A DNA stretch of 61,618 bases, the filler included, from Fonticula-like sp. SCN 57-25 (lineage: Eukaryota), in the NCBI GenBank assembly GCA_001724245.1. It is 2 parts of 2 records of this genome, joined end to end, with 100 filler letters (N's around TTAATTAATTAA, not from the genome) between each part and the next. Parts side by side here need not be neighbours in the genome. Positions count along the whole stretch, not along the records: positions 1 to 31,719 come from MEDX01000048.1; 1 more part is not named here. One strand, written 5' to 3'. A program made the position numbers and the translations under genes. Below are positions 12,301 through 25,155 of the stretch, one piece after another (the first letter of the stretch is position 1; the number at the start of each line of letters is the position of its first letter). Under the pieces are notes generated by a model. It did not search any database. It worked only from the letters and a program-made list of their open reading frames with translations, and was not told the DNA's origin.

Positions 12301-15067
12301 CGCCCGCAGCGACCAACTACGCCAATGGTGGATTCGCAAGCTCCTTCGGTGCGGCTGTTTGGCGCATTTCTATGGCGACTGACCATGGTTGCAGCGCGCA
12401 AATGCTACACATGGACCTCGTGGAGAGGCTCGATCTGCACAATGTGGCCGATGATAAGCAGATGCGCGATCAGCTGGACGCGCAGCTGCAGCAGCGCTCC
12501 GTCGACATTGGAAAGATCAAGAGCGGCGAAAAGCCCGCTTTGGTTATCATCTCAAACAGCCGCCGGCCGGCCATGCTGGTGCCCTGCTCGGACGCATTCT
12601 TGTTCAAGGACTGCGCCTACGTGCTCGACGCCGGTACGCCATCCGTAGCATTGATTTATTTTGCAGTTGCTAAAACGCGCATGAAAAGGCAACAAGGTCT
12701 ATGTCCTCGCACCGCCCAACACGCCGCGCGTCAATGGTGCCAAGGCCGCCGACCTTGCCAACCGCATCAGGCTCAAGGACCGCGGCGGCGCCGCCGTCGT
12801 CGTCTTTGTGAACGACGACGGCGCGCGCGCGGCGGGCCCTTTCTTTGCTGCCATCAAGGGCGACGTGAAGCGAGCCAACGCGCCGACGGAAAGCTTTCCC
12901 ATCATGCCGTCTTCTCTCGACTCAAAAGTGCGCCTTCATCCCTTTTTTTCGTGTTTTCTAATTGCAAATCACAGCAACGCTCTGTTCGCGTCTTCCGTGT
13001 CATTGATTCGCGCGACTCGCGCAAGCAAGTTCGCCTCATGTTTGACAGCGATGACACGCTTCCTTCCAAATCGGTTCGCATTTCCCTTTTTGCTTAAGCC
13101 AGCCGGCTGACCCCGCCCAGCTGCTCGAGTCGCAGAGCGCGTGCGTCGTTGACGCCGGTACCGAGCTGTACGTGTGGACGGGCCAGGGCGCGTCGTCATC
13201 AGTCAAGAAGCTGGCCAGTTACGTGGCCACCCGCATGGCCGCCGAGCACGGCCGCGAGCCGTGGACAACCATCACGCGCATCTTGGAGAACACCGAAACG
13301 TCACTCTTCAAGGTTTGCTGATGGTTTTTCCCGCCGTTTGTTGACGCTGTGTACAGGAAAAGTTTGCCGACTACCCGAGCAGCCTGATGATTGCCGTGGC
13401 GCCCACTGACGTGTCAACCGGCCAGTACGAGGTGGTGGAGCAGCCGCCGCTGGACATTGCCGCGATGCACGCGCAGGTACGATTCATGACGTCTCCTTTA
13501 TGTATCTCTCACGCTCTGGCCAGGCGATGGAGGTGCCCAAGGCGACGTACCTCGACGACGGCCGCGGAAAGATCACTGTGTTCAAGATTGTGGTGCGCGT
13601 GAACAAGGCGGGCGGGTACCAGTACGACAAGGAGGTGATGCCGGCCGCCAGCCACGGGCAGTTCTACAGCGGGCACAGCTTCATCGTGGTGTACCGCTAC
13701 ATGCTCAAGAATGCTGAGCGCAGTGTCATCTACTTTTGGCAGGGCCACGATAGCTCCGTCGTCGAAAAAGGCGCGTCGGCCGTCGAGACAATCAACGTGT
13801 CGGATGAGCTCGGCGACGCAGATCAGGTTCGCGTCGTGCAGGGTAAGGAGCCGCCCCACTTTTTCCGCATCTTTAACAACAGTACGTTTAATTCCGGTGC
13901 TCGTGTGGCCATTTTTGCTAACGTCTTGCGCTCAGGGGTTGTTGTCCACGCTGGCAAGATGGACGCCCGCCGCCCGGCGACGCGCACCTACCAGATCCGC
14001 GACACGCCTGAAGGCGCCGTCCATTGCACCGAGGTCGGCCCTGTTGGTACGCAATCCCTTTTTGCCGCCGCCTGCGCCCCACACTAACTTTTGTGTAGCA
14101 CTCGCCTTCAACTCTGACCATGCTACGTTGGTCGTAAGCGGCAGCGACGTGTACCTCTGGGTCGGCAAGTTTGCGTCCGAGACGGAGCGCAAGGCGGGCA
14201 CGGCGGGCACGCTTGCGATAAGCGCCCCCGCTGGCTACTCTGGTACGTTTCCCGTTGCAGATTCTTTTATTACTATTCGCTTTGTGTACTGATTTTTTTT
14301 CCTGCAGCTCGCGTCGTCAATGAGCAGGAGGAGCCGTCAAGCTTCCTGTCGCTGTTCCCCGCCGACGCGTGGTCAGCGCGCGTTCGTCCGCGCCGCCGCA
14401 AGGCGCGTGTCGCGCCGTCGCTGTTCCTTGTGTCGGGCGCAACGGGCGTTGTGACGGTGGAGCACATCGCGCGCCCGACGCAGGAGGACCTCGACAACGA
14501 CCACGTCATGATCCTCGACACGCTGTCCGAGGTGTACATCTGGATCGGCGAGCGCGCCACAAAGAATGAAAAGGTGCTCGCGCTCGAGACGGCGCAGATG
14601 TACGTCAAGGAATCGCCGCAGGGCCATTCGCCAAACACGCTCCTCTGGGTGACGTACCCCTTCCAGGAGCCCACCGCCTTCGCCCTCCAGTTCCTCGAAT
14701 GGTACGGATCTTTTCGTATCTGTGCCAAACTGACGCGCGCGGTGCGTTTTAGGAGCACGCAGGCCTGCCCCGAAGCCAAGGTGCGCTTCCCAGTGGCATT
14801 TCCTCTTACTAACCTTTTTTGCTAAAGCGGAATCTGGGCGAGCGCTGCCGTCCACTCGAGGCCGTGCTCGAGCAGTTCAAGACGTCCGAGTACTCGTACG
14901 CCGTGCTCACATCCAACAAGGTCCCCGAAGGCGTTGACCGCCTCCGGATGGAGGAGTACCTCTCGGACGAGGAGTTTGCGCGCGTGCTCAGGATGCCGCG
15001 CGAGGCGTTCCTGAAGCTGCCCGCCTGGAAGCAGACGACCCTCAAGAAGGAGGCGAGGCTCTTTTAA
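9396..15067 (+). CDS. Villidin-like protein: coronin WD40 + PH domains + gelsolin repeats + villin headpiece
   Basis: Coronin elements (RLRNVFA, GHEKKV, GDRELSLWDSRN, VPRKS..FQEDLYPPT). PH-type segments (YQFKAES..DRDAWVRAI, WSPRYLVL, ALFWVLAI). Gelsolin repeats (GQFYSGHSFIVVY, IYFWQG, RVVQGKEPPHF, DLDNDHVMILDT). Headpiece PEGVDRLRMEEYLSDEEF..LPAWKQTTLKKEARLF*. Confidence 0.9.
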
Positions 15068-15174
15068 AGCTGTATAAAATATCGAGGATGATTGGGATAG
15101 AGTTACTTTTGTCAATTGGATAATACAAGGTGGAAATAAGTAAGTGATTGTACATAAAACATAAAGAGACATCG

Positions 15175-15980
15175 CTACATGTCGTAGTCGTCGTCGGCCG
15201 CCTCGCTCAATTTTAGCGACATTGTCTCGACTGCAACAGGCGCAATAACGAGGGGCTTCGAGTCCGCCTCTGTCGGCTCTGACTTGACCTCGGCCGGCTC
15301 TGACTTGACCTCGCTCGCTTCAGACTTGGCCTCACTCGCCTCAGACTTGACCTCGGCCGGCTCTGACTTGACATCGTCCGGCTCCGACTTGGCCTCCGAC
15401 TTGACCTCCGCCTTGACGTCCGCCAAAGAAGTGGAGGCGGGGGGGAGGGGGGACGACAGCGACAATTTCGGCGCCTTGTCTGCCGACGACGCGGAAGACG
15501 ATGATGCCGCGGCGGTGCGGCGGCGAGAAGGTGAGGGCTCGCCCGAGCTCTCCCTCCTCCGCTTCACGGCACGCTCGCTTTTTTCGCTCGAGGGCTCAAT
15601 GTCAGGGATATTCTTGACAATGTCATTGAGGAAATCAAACAGGGGATCGGCCTCCACAACACGCTTGAGGTGAGCAGGAAGGAGGCGGCGGCCGCTCGAC
15701 TCGCGCACTTGCGCCGCGCCCTTGTCAAGTAAAGATTGCATAAACATCTCCAGCGCCTTTGCTGCTCAGCGCCACCGTATTAGAGATACATGGAAAACGA
15801 GTCACGGCGACGCACAAATCACAAGCGGAGCCGCAAGGGCCACTTTGCCCACTTCCTCATCTACCTGCATGATCCGCTTAATGCGCGCCTAGAGCATACC
15901 ACTATGTTAGCCCCCTATAGAGTCGCAAATGGGACGGAGAGACATGCCATTGGAAAAGACGTCTGGTACTTGTTGCGCAT
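15175..15980 (-). CDS. DRAP1: NC2-alpha/Bur6 histone-fold repressor with repetitive C-terminal tail
   Basis: MRNKYQTSFPM/ARIKRIMQVDEEVGKVALAAPLVI/SKALEMFMQSL..AHLKRVV..FDFLNDIV. Confidence 0.9.
15270..15420 (-). repeat. Coding tandem repeat (~21 bp, degenerate) encoding EVKSEPA-like heptads in DRAP1
   Basis: Repeated ctctgacttgacctcggccgg variants on the + strand, giving VKAE/VKSE/AKSE about eight times. Confidence 0.85.
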
Positions 15981-16229
15981 GGCTGGCGTCTGTCCGCTGC
16001 GCTGCGTACGCAGGATGCAAACTGATCAAAGTTTGCAGGGTTTGTCGAATTGAAAGCAGATTGAAAGCCATTATTGACCAGTTATTGACGCAATACTCGA
16101 AAGATGGATACTGTACGAAAATACTCTCGAATAATTGATAACCAGCGTGTGAGCCAAGGGTCTCTTTTGGAATGCACAGATAATAGTTTTCCTTTTGTTT
16201 ATCATATCGCCATACAAGTGTCATATCCT

Positions 16230-17531
16230 TTAAGCCGAAGCAAGAGCGCGGAGCTTCTCGAGGCGGCGGTCACGCTCCTCAAGAATGGAGAGCTTGATGC
16301 CACGGTCAGCCAAGAGGGAGATGGCGGGCTTGTTGTTGGCGCCGATAACAAAAACGTTCGAAAGGCGGGTGGCGAACGTGTGGTTCGACGCGTCCTTGAC
16401 GTGGACAATGTCGAACTGGCCGGGGTGGCGCTCGCGGCTCACAACGGTACCAATACGACCAGTGTTACGGCCGGCGGTGAGCATAACAAGGCTGCCGGTA
16501 TCAAACTTGAAGAACTCGACGATCTTGCCGGACTCGAGATCGAGCTTGATCGTGTCGTTGATCTGAGCAAAGAACAGTTAGAACATCAAAACTACGAAAA
16601 GATCACGACAAACCTTAATGAGCGGGTCGGGGTAGCGGATGGTGCGGCCATCGCTGGTCGTCACATACGGGACACCGCGGGCACCAACGGCAACAGTGCG
16701 GACCTTGCAGAGCTTGTACTATAGGAAACAGCATCAGCATCGATTTCAGATAAAGATCAAAAAAACAAACCTTGGCCTCCTCAGGCTTGATGGCGTGAAT
16801 GGCAAAGCGGCCCTTGGTGTCGTAAAGAAGGCGGAAGTGCTCGTTCGTCTTCTCGATCGAGATGACGTCCATGAAGCCAGCCGGGTAGTTCATGTCAGTG
16901 CGAACCTGGCCATCGACCTGGATGAGGCGCTGGAACATAATGGCGGTCACCTCGCGGCGCGTGAGCGCATACTTGAGGCGGTTACGCAAAAACACAACCA
17001 GGGGGAGCGACTCGCGGCTCTTGTGGGGGCCAGCCGAGGGCTTGGGGGCCTGTACGATCGTGCATCAGATCACCGTCGGCCGGTATTAAAGCAAACGTAC
17101 CCAGGTGCCGCCCATCTTGTCAAGCATCCAGTGCTTGGGCGCATCAAGGCGCTTAAGGTGCTTCTTCGGCCCGCGCGTCTACGCGAAGGATGCACGGTTA
17201 GCGGATGGATGCATCGAGGAGAGTTAGGTGACAGGATGGATACACCAAGCACACAAGCACAATCCAGCAGAGCTGGCCTCGAGACACGCAAAATAATACA
17301 CGAGAGGTGAAACATAGCGAGCAGCGGACGCCACTGCGCAAGCGGATGCTGCTTGGTGCGAAGCCTGGGGCGCGGATACGCAGGCATCCGTGCACCGACC
17401 CCGCACATCCGTGGATGAGCATGCGCATCCTCCGCCCGCTACATCGGCCATCCACTCCAAAAACCAGTGCATCACAACCCCATCCCCCCTCCTGCAAAGC
17501 AACAGCGCGCTGAGGCATCAAGGCGTACCAT
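16230..17531 (-). CDS. RPS4: 40S ribosomal protein eS4
   Basis: Exon 1 contributes only ATG (17531-17529), then a 350-nt intron, then [32 protein letters not shown] and [12 protein letters not shown] pyrimidine tract (TOP/TCT-like) lies at ~17570-17586. Confidence 0.96.
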
Positions 17532-17736
17532 GTTCGCGACTCCCTGCGGTTACAATACGCAGCGCCGATGGAGAGAGAAAGAGGGCGAACCTGCACGCAG
17601 CACCGGTGGATTTGAATCACGGCGGAATCTGGGGCAAACTCAAATCCAAATAAGGGGTGGACAATTGCTGGGTAAGTTTGCAGTTTGCAAGTGGTCGAAC
17701 TTTAGCAAAGTCGAGTGGAGGCGGCGAGCAGTCGGC

Positions 17737-20700
17737 ATGGTGTTCTGCTCGGTTTACCGAGAGGTGCGCGCGGCTACTCAAGAGAGGCCATAGTAGCTAA
17801 TTTTGGTTAAAGCTTATCCCTGCCACGGGGGTGGAAGCTTGCGCGGCGGCCCGCTTCACCTCGCTCGATCGCATCTGCGTTGCCGTTGGGCGCGCGCAGC
17901 AGCTCGATATCTACTCCGTCGTTGTCGACACCTCGGAGGAGAAGCCGCGGCAACGCCTTGTACTCCAGTTTTCGTTTCGATTCCATGCCAATGTTGTTTC
18001 AGTTGAATCGTTCCGTTATGGCGAAGTTGAAACCGAGTGCTTTGGTGTCTCGTTCTCCGACGCCAAGGTGCGACACCAGGGCGACGCGTTAGGAGCTCAC
18101 GTATTGTGCGTGCTAGGTTGCGATCTTAAAGTACGACCCGGCCACCAACAGCGTCGCCACCGAGGCGCTGTGTAATTTCGAAGATGAAGCCCTGAAAGTG
18201 CGAAAGCGTCGCATGCACTCTGTCGTGTTCACTAACGCACCCTCGACTTGTAGAAGGGCCTCTTTGCCTCGAGAACCCTGCCGGACCTCTGCATCGAGCC
18301 ATCTCATGCGTGCGCTGCTATGCCCGTGTATATGGATCAGATCGCGGTGATTCCGCTTCGCAGCATGCAGCTGGAGATTGAGAGCGATGACGAAGGAGGC
18401 GCAGCGGTGGACGATGACGAGCCGTACGACAGCTCGGTCACCATCAACCGCGCTTACACTTTTGCAGATCTGTGATCGTCCCTCCCAGTTTCGTGCTTGA
18501 CGCGGACGATATTAGCGCGGATATTGCCAACATCCGCAACATGGTCTTTTTGCAGGGGTACTACGGGCCCACCCTGGCGATCCTCTACGAGCCCCGACCG
18601 ACCAGCGTAGGGTATGATGATCTTTCGCCCACCACCGATGATGCTAATTTTTATTACAGGAGGGCAGTTGCTCTTTCCGACACGTATTGCCTAGCCGCCG
18701 TGTCGCTGGACTTGCTTCAGCAGTCTCACCCGACGACGATCTGGTCCATCGAGCACCTCCCTTCGTCCTGCCTCTACATGCACCCTGTCCCAAAACCAAT
18801 TGGTGCGCTAATCGGCCTCTTTCTTACCCTTCTAACATACCTGCAGGCGGTGTGCTGCTTGTGTCCACGAACGCCATCAGCCATATTGGGCACGCCTCGT
18901 CCGTGCTGAACGTGTTTGTCAACAAGAATGCTACGCTGCACACCTCCTTTGACTTTGGTCGCCCCCAGCACAGCGACTCGCTGAACATTTCGCTTGACGG
19001 CTCGCACATCACGTTTATTGACTCGCATCGCTTCTTGCTGGTGATGCGCGAGGGAGACTCGTTCGTCGTGCGGATAGAGGCGCACAACACTCTCGTGTCC
19101 CAGCTGACTTTTGACCGCTGCATGATTCGCACTTTCCCTTCTTGTGTACGGCGACGGCTTACTGTCAGTCCCATTGGCGCTCACCACTGTGCTCTAGGTG
19201 ACGACTCTGCCCGACTCGCCGCTTGTCTTTGTCGGGTCTCGCCTTGCCGACTCTCTGCTCTGCAGCATCACGGAGCAGTCTGAAGACGCGACCTCGAGCA
19301 AGCGCGCAAAAGTCCAATCTCAGCAGAGTACGATCCATGTTGTGAAATCCCATATTGCTTATTTGATTTGCTTTAAAGGCGAACTGGACGAGATTTACGG
19401 CGCCTACTTTGACGATGAATGGCACCGCGCGCCCGTTTCCGCGACCGTCTCTTTCGACGTGAATGACTTTCTTCCCAACATCGGACCGGTCAGCGACTTT
19501 ACCACGGCAGACCTGCTCGGGGACCACGTACGCAATTGCTTTAAGAGTTCCCTCTATTCTGACGCTTTTGGTTATAGAATATGGCACGCCTCCTCGTCCT
19601 AAACGTGTTTGTGTACTAACCCAAATCCATCAGCCCACGGATCCCGAGGGCCGCCCCATGGCGCTCACGACGTGCTCTGGCCTCAATCAAAGCGGGTCGC
19701 TCTACATGCTCAGCAAGCAGCTGCTCCACCAGACCGTCTCGGCGGACTCTCTCCCCGGTAGCAGGGACGTCTGGTCTCTCGCCACGCTGACCGATATGAC
19801 GTGTGCCTCGCGGCAGCGCGCGCTCACGAGATGCGTTATCATTGCGTTTGACGACTCGACGACCGTGCTGGACAGCGCCGAGCAGCTTCAGGAGCTGACC
19901 GAGAGCGGCTTTGCCAGCGACGAGACGTCAATCTACGCGTGCGCACTACCGTCGGGCCATTTTGTGCAGGTGACGCCAAAGTCCCTGAGGCTCGTCGAGC
20001 ATAAAAGTACGAACGGAAATTTTGGATAGGCGGCGCTGACGGCTTTTTCTTAGAACTTTCCTTGCGGCACAGCCTTCCGGTCGATGGCGAGGAGACCATT
20101 GTTGCCGGCGCGCATGCGGGAAGCTACATTGTATTGAGAACGTCGTCAAACACCCTGCTGATTGCCGAGGAGCGGAAAGGGAAACTCGCGTGGCTCCCAT
20201 TGCCGCCTCACCTTTCCGTGCGTAGTCCCTTTGGCGGCAACTTTGGCGCTAACATTCATGACTAGTCGCCTACGATTTCCTGTGTGACTGCGTTTGAAGA
20301 CCTCTTCAGCCAGTTTGTGATTCGGACAAAGCCAGGTACGAGGCCACGCCAGCTCGTATTGAGTTCTAAGCGTGGATTTTAGCGGCCGTTGCCGAGACGA
20401 AACCGCGCACGCGCGCGCCAAAGTCGGCGGCCCCCGACACCAAGCACGTTGCGTGGGTTGACGGGCAGGAGTGGGACGAGGTCGACGAGGCGCTGTACGC
20501 CGAGGGCGAGAAGAAGAAGACCGCCGCCAACGTCGCCAAGCGGAATATTGCGGCGATGGAATGCCAGGACGAAAAGGGCCGCGCGGAAGCGACGCACACG
20601 CCGACCTTTTGGTTCGTTATCGGCCGCCTGAGCGGTCAGCTAGAGGTACGAGACCTTTTCATCTATCGTGGCCTCTCACGCAAGATTCAATAGGTCTTTT

Positions 20701-23063
20701 CTCTGCCGTCTATGGATTTGGTACACTGCTCAACGGGTGCGAGCAAGGGCGAGCATGTCCTCGTGGACGCTGAATCGGAGGCATCCACGGGCGACGCGAC
20801 CCAGGCGGCCGCGTACCTGACCGAGATTAAGATGGTGCGGATGGGCGCGCCCCTCTCGCCGACCGTCTACCTCTTTGCGCGCAACCAGGACGGCGACCTG
20901 TGGGCGTACCTGATGTTTTCGCCGAGCGTGCCCGACGAGGGAACGGCGCGCCTCGCCGTCCGCTTTGGCCGCGTCCCCTTGCAATTGGTGGCGCGCGACA
21001 GCGTATCGCAGAGTACGCCGCTTGCTCAATCAAACAAACAAAAGTACAAGGCTAACGTGCTTGCGCAGAGCGCCAAAATGAGTACCGCTTCGACTCGATT
21101 AGGCCCTTTGAAAATGTAAACGGTTACTCGGGCGTGTACGTCTGCGGCGCGAGCCCTGTCTGGCTGGTCCAAACGGAGCGCGGCGGCCTCCGTCTGCACC
21201 CGGCACGGTACGCTTGGGTCTCTTTCACCTCAGCGCCTCACGCTCTCGCCTGCAGCGCCGCCGTCCCCGTCTGGGCCTTTGCTCCCTTCAACACGCCGTC
21301 GGGGCCTTACGGGTTTATTACGCTCGACACCACCGACACGTTCAATGTGTGCAAGCTGCCCGAGGGCGTCATGCTCGAAATGCCTTGGCTCACGCGGCGC
21401 GTCCCGCTCCGCCGGACGCCCTACTTTGTCACATACAACCGCGATCTCCTGCACTATGTTGTGGTACGGCCCTCCGCCCCCGCCGCGCTGTGCCTGACCC
21501 GCGCCCGCAGGCCACTTCCAAGCGCGTGCCGTTCGTCAAGCCCTTGCTACCCGATCAGGAGCCCGAGGCCGCCGAGGCGCCCGCCGACGATACCTGTGCG
21601 CGCTTTTTTTGTTGCTCCCCGCCGCTAATTCGGGATGAAAACCGCAGCGATGAAGCCCGAGCTGCAGCGGTTCAGCATTGACCTCATTTCGCCAATGAAG
21701 AACTTTGAGACGATTGACACGTACGCTGTCGCTAGTCATTTGCCCTTTTGCTTACCGGCGTCGCTCGCCAGCCTGGAGCTCCGCGAGTACGAGCGCGTGC
21801 TGTCGCTCAAGACGCTCCGCCTCAACTCGCAGCAGACGCAGAGCGGGAAAAAGTCGTTTATCTGCGTCGGCACGGGCCTCTTGCGGAGCGCAAACATCAT
21901 CAGCAACGGGCGGGTACGCACGGGCTACCTCTGCTCTCGTGTGGCTTCTCACCCTTTTCCACAGCTCCTCGTGTTTGAGCTGATCACCGTGGTGCCGGAC
22001 CCGGACCACCCCGAGCTGGCGGTGAAGCTCAAGCTTGTGTTTGAAAAGGAGTATAAGGGCCCTGTGACGGCCGTGGCGGAGGTCGCCGGCCAGCTCGCGC
22101 TCGGCGTGGGCCAGCAGGTGTGGATCCACAGCTACGACGACGGCGACCATCAGCCAATCGCGTTCCTGGATGGGCAGCCTTACGCCACGCAGCTCCTCGG
22201 CATCAAAAACTATCTCTTGATCGGGGACTTTTCAAAGAGCATCTGGTTCGCACGCTTTAGGGTACGAGCGCCTCCTTTGGGGGATGACTTTGTGACCGTT
22301 TTGTTCACGCTGGCCACAGGATGCGCCATACAATGGCCTGGATGTGCTGGGCCGCGACTGCCGCCAGCTGCGCGTCACCGCCGTCGAGTACCTCGTTGAC
22401 CACTCCAATCTGTACTTTGTTGTAACCGACGAGGCCAAGAACGTCCACGTCTTCACCTACGCGCCACAGCGTGTCGAGTCAGCCAACGGTCAGCGCCTGC
22501 TGCACCTCGCCGACTTTCATCTTGGTTCCCTCGTCCAGCGCCTGGTGCGCTTGCCGATGGCGACGAGCAACAAGGTCACGCAGCACATGGTCATCGCCGG
22601 TACGCATATCTAGACTCAAAACTATGAATCTAATGTGTTTGTTGCAGCGACCGTGGACGGCTCGGTGGGCACGCTACTGCCGCTGGTTGAAATGCGCTTC
22701 CGCCGCCTGCAGCTGCTGCAGCGCAAGCTCAATAGCGCGTCGAGCCGGCCTGCTTGCCTCAACGCGCGCGGGTTTAGGTGCGCGCTAGCGTGCCGTTTTG
22801 CTTCTTTAGTAACGCTTTTATTGTGCAGGCTCGAAAAGCGCGTTCGTGCTGCGTCGTCGAATCGAAACAAGAACCTGCTCGATGCTGAGCTGCTGTGGGA
22901 GTTTGTTTTGCTTTCGTCAACGCAGCAGGTACGGCGAGCTGTTCATTCACTCGCTTGGACTAACCTGCTTTTTTCTCAGCGCGAACTTGCGAACCAGATC
23001 GGCTCGACCGTGCAGCAGATTCTCGAGGATCTTTATGACATGGACAAGTCGGTGACGCTCTGA
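17737..23063 (+). CDS. CPSF1: Cleavage and polyadenylation specificity factor subunit 1 (CPSF160/Cft1)
   Basis: PATGVE, SFSDAK, FLQGYYGPTLAILYEP, VFVGSRLADSLL, LPNIGPV, FAPFNT, KGPVTAV, KNYLLIGDFSKSIWF, GQRLLHLADFHLG and LNARGFR. Many introns. Confidence 0.93.
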
Positions 23064-23151
23064 GTGTGTGCTTCATCATCATCATCATCATTGTCACCAT
23101 AAATATAATGTACATAATTATCAAATAACATTGTAGTGCTACGGTAGCCCG

Positions 23152-24942
23152 CTATGTGTCCTTTTGCTTCTCGGCGTTCTGGCACAGCTTGTGATACCTC
23201 GGCACGTTGAACTCTATGACGCTGTCGATGCCGCTCCTCGGGAAGAGCCACTCGAGGAGTTGGTAGAGAATAAAGTCGATGGCCACAATGATGCAGAGCA
23301 GCTTTCCCGCCCAAACACCGCACCCATAGTACCTACGTAGCCGCTCGATGAGAGGCAGAGGCTCCATCTTCATCGTCTCGCGGTACACGCGCTCGGTGCG
23401 CTCCGCCACGTCGTTCCACGAGTACATCTTCTTGACCTGCTCGTGGAACTGCTGCGGCACGACCTCGTGCGCCGACTGCACCGCCATGTCCACCGCCTTG
23501 ACCAAATCTGCCGGGCCTGTGTGAGCATCGAGTATAGAGCAGCGCGGCGCGCACCATCAACGTCGGGCTTGGCAAAGTGGACCATATTGCCGGGCAGCAC
23601 CTCGGGGACGCCGCCGACCTTGGTGCTGACGACGAGCAGCCTGCAGCGCTCTTGTGTGAGAAGCAGGTACAATAAAGTGTTAAAAGGAGGCGCACCCGCA
23701 GCTCGCCGCCTCAACAATGGCAATACAAAAGGCCTCGGTGAGAGACGTGTTGAGAAAGATGTGGCCCTTGACGAGAATCTGCGCCAAGTCAGCCATCAAG
23801 CAAGGATACTCGCCACCAAACGCAAAGTAAACGTACGTCGCGAACTTCCGAGTGCTTGACTGCGCCGATGAGGTCGACGCGGTCGTGCAGCTGAAACTTT
23901 TCCCTCATTTGCTCAAGCTCGACCCTCTTTGGCCCATCGCCACCTGCGCCAGCGTGTCAGCCAAGCGGCCACAGGTAAGGAAAAGAAGCGCGCACCGATG
24001 ATAAAATGAACGTTTTCGTGCGCGCGGCACACCTTTGGTATGATGGACACGAGTAGGTCGACGCCCTTGCGGTAGACAAGTCGGCTGACGGCGACAATAG
24101 TGACTGTGCAACACACCCTCGTTAGCCAACAGCGCAGTGGCTCATGTAACCGCACTCTTTTTACTGTCGCGCTTCGCCGGGTCCGGGGTAAACTCTGTGG
24201 TGTCAACGGCGTTGGGCACGACCGAGACGTTGTGCGGGTTGAGGGCAGCGCGGAGCACCGTATTCTCCTTGCTCGTGTGCGACACGCAAATGACGTGGTC
24301 AATGTCCGAGAGCGTCGCCTTAAGGAGCTTGTTGCTGAGGATGGAGCTCACGTCAGCAAAGCCAAAGAGGGAATGGTCCGTGAAAACGGTGCGGATCCCC
24401 ATCGTCCGCGCGTGCAGGATAGCCTCATGGCACATGCTCGACGGCGCCTGATGCCCGTGTACAATGTCAATGTTCTCGCGGATAAAGATGTTGCGAAACA
24501 TCGGAAAGTAGCCATAGATCGTCGGCAGCGTCGCGGCGCTCACCATTACCACGCCGGGCACGTAGTACACCTTGAGGCCGTTCGAGAGATACCTCACGCC
24601 AGCGCGCTTCCCGTACGCGTGCGTGATGACAACCACCTAAGCGGCCAAAAGACAATGAGAATCTAATACGGTTCCAAAGGTGAGAGACGCACCTTGTGGC
24701 CGCGCTTGATGAGACACTGGGCCAGCTGGTACTGATGGCTCTCGACGCCGCCAAAATTGGGGTAGAAAAAGTCTGACACCATGCTGCCGGCATCCGTCAG
24801 CATCCATCAAGACCATACCAATAGACAGGTAAAAGAAAGAGCAGGGTAGTCATAGACATGACCGCGAGGGAACAGGCCCCCTGCGCGGCATATGCTTCGC
24901 GTACCAGACATTGAGCCGCCGGCCGGCCACCCCGTCGGCCAT
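23152..24942 (-). CDS. PIGA: GPI-GlcNAc transferase catalytic subunit (PIG-A/GPI3)
   Basis: [68 protein letters not shown] and [11 protein letters not shown], plus a C-terminal TM helix. Confidence 0.96.
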
Positions 24943-25155
24943 CTTCAGGTCACGTGATGATCAATGGTAAGGAATAATTCACCTTCACCGCGCTGCGCTC
25001 GACCACCTCTTGCCGCCCCCGTACGCGACCGTTCCGACGCGCCCCCTTTTCTAGGTAGTCTGCGTTGGGCGCGAGACGGGCATCGCCGCCGCGAACGTGG
25101 GATTTTGGTAATAAATTGTTTTTCTTGGGTGGATCGTGCGTCGCCCTTTTAACCC

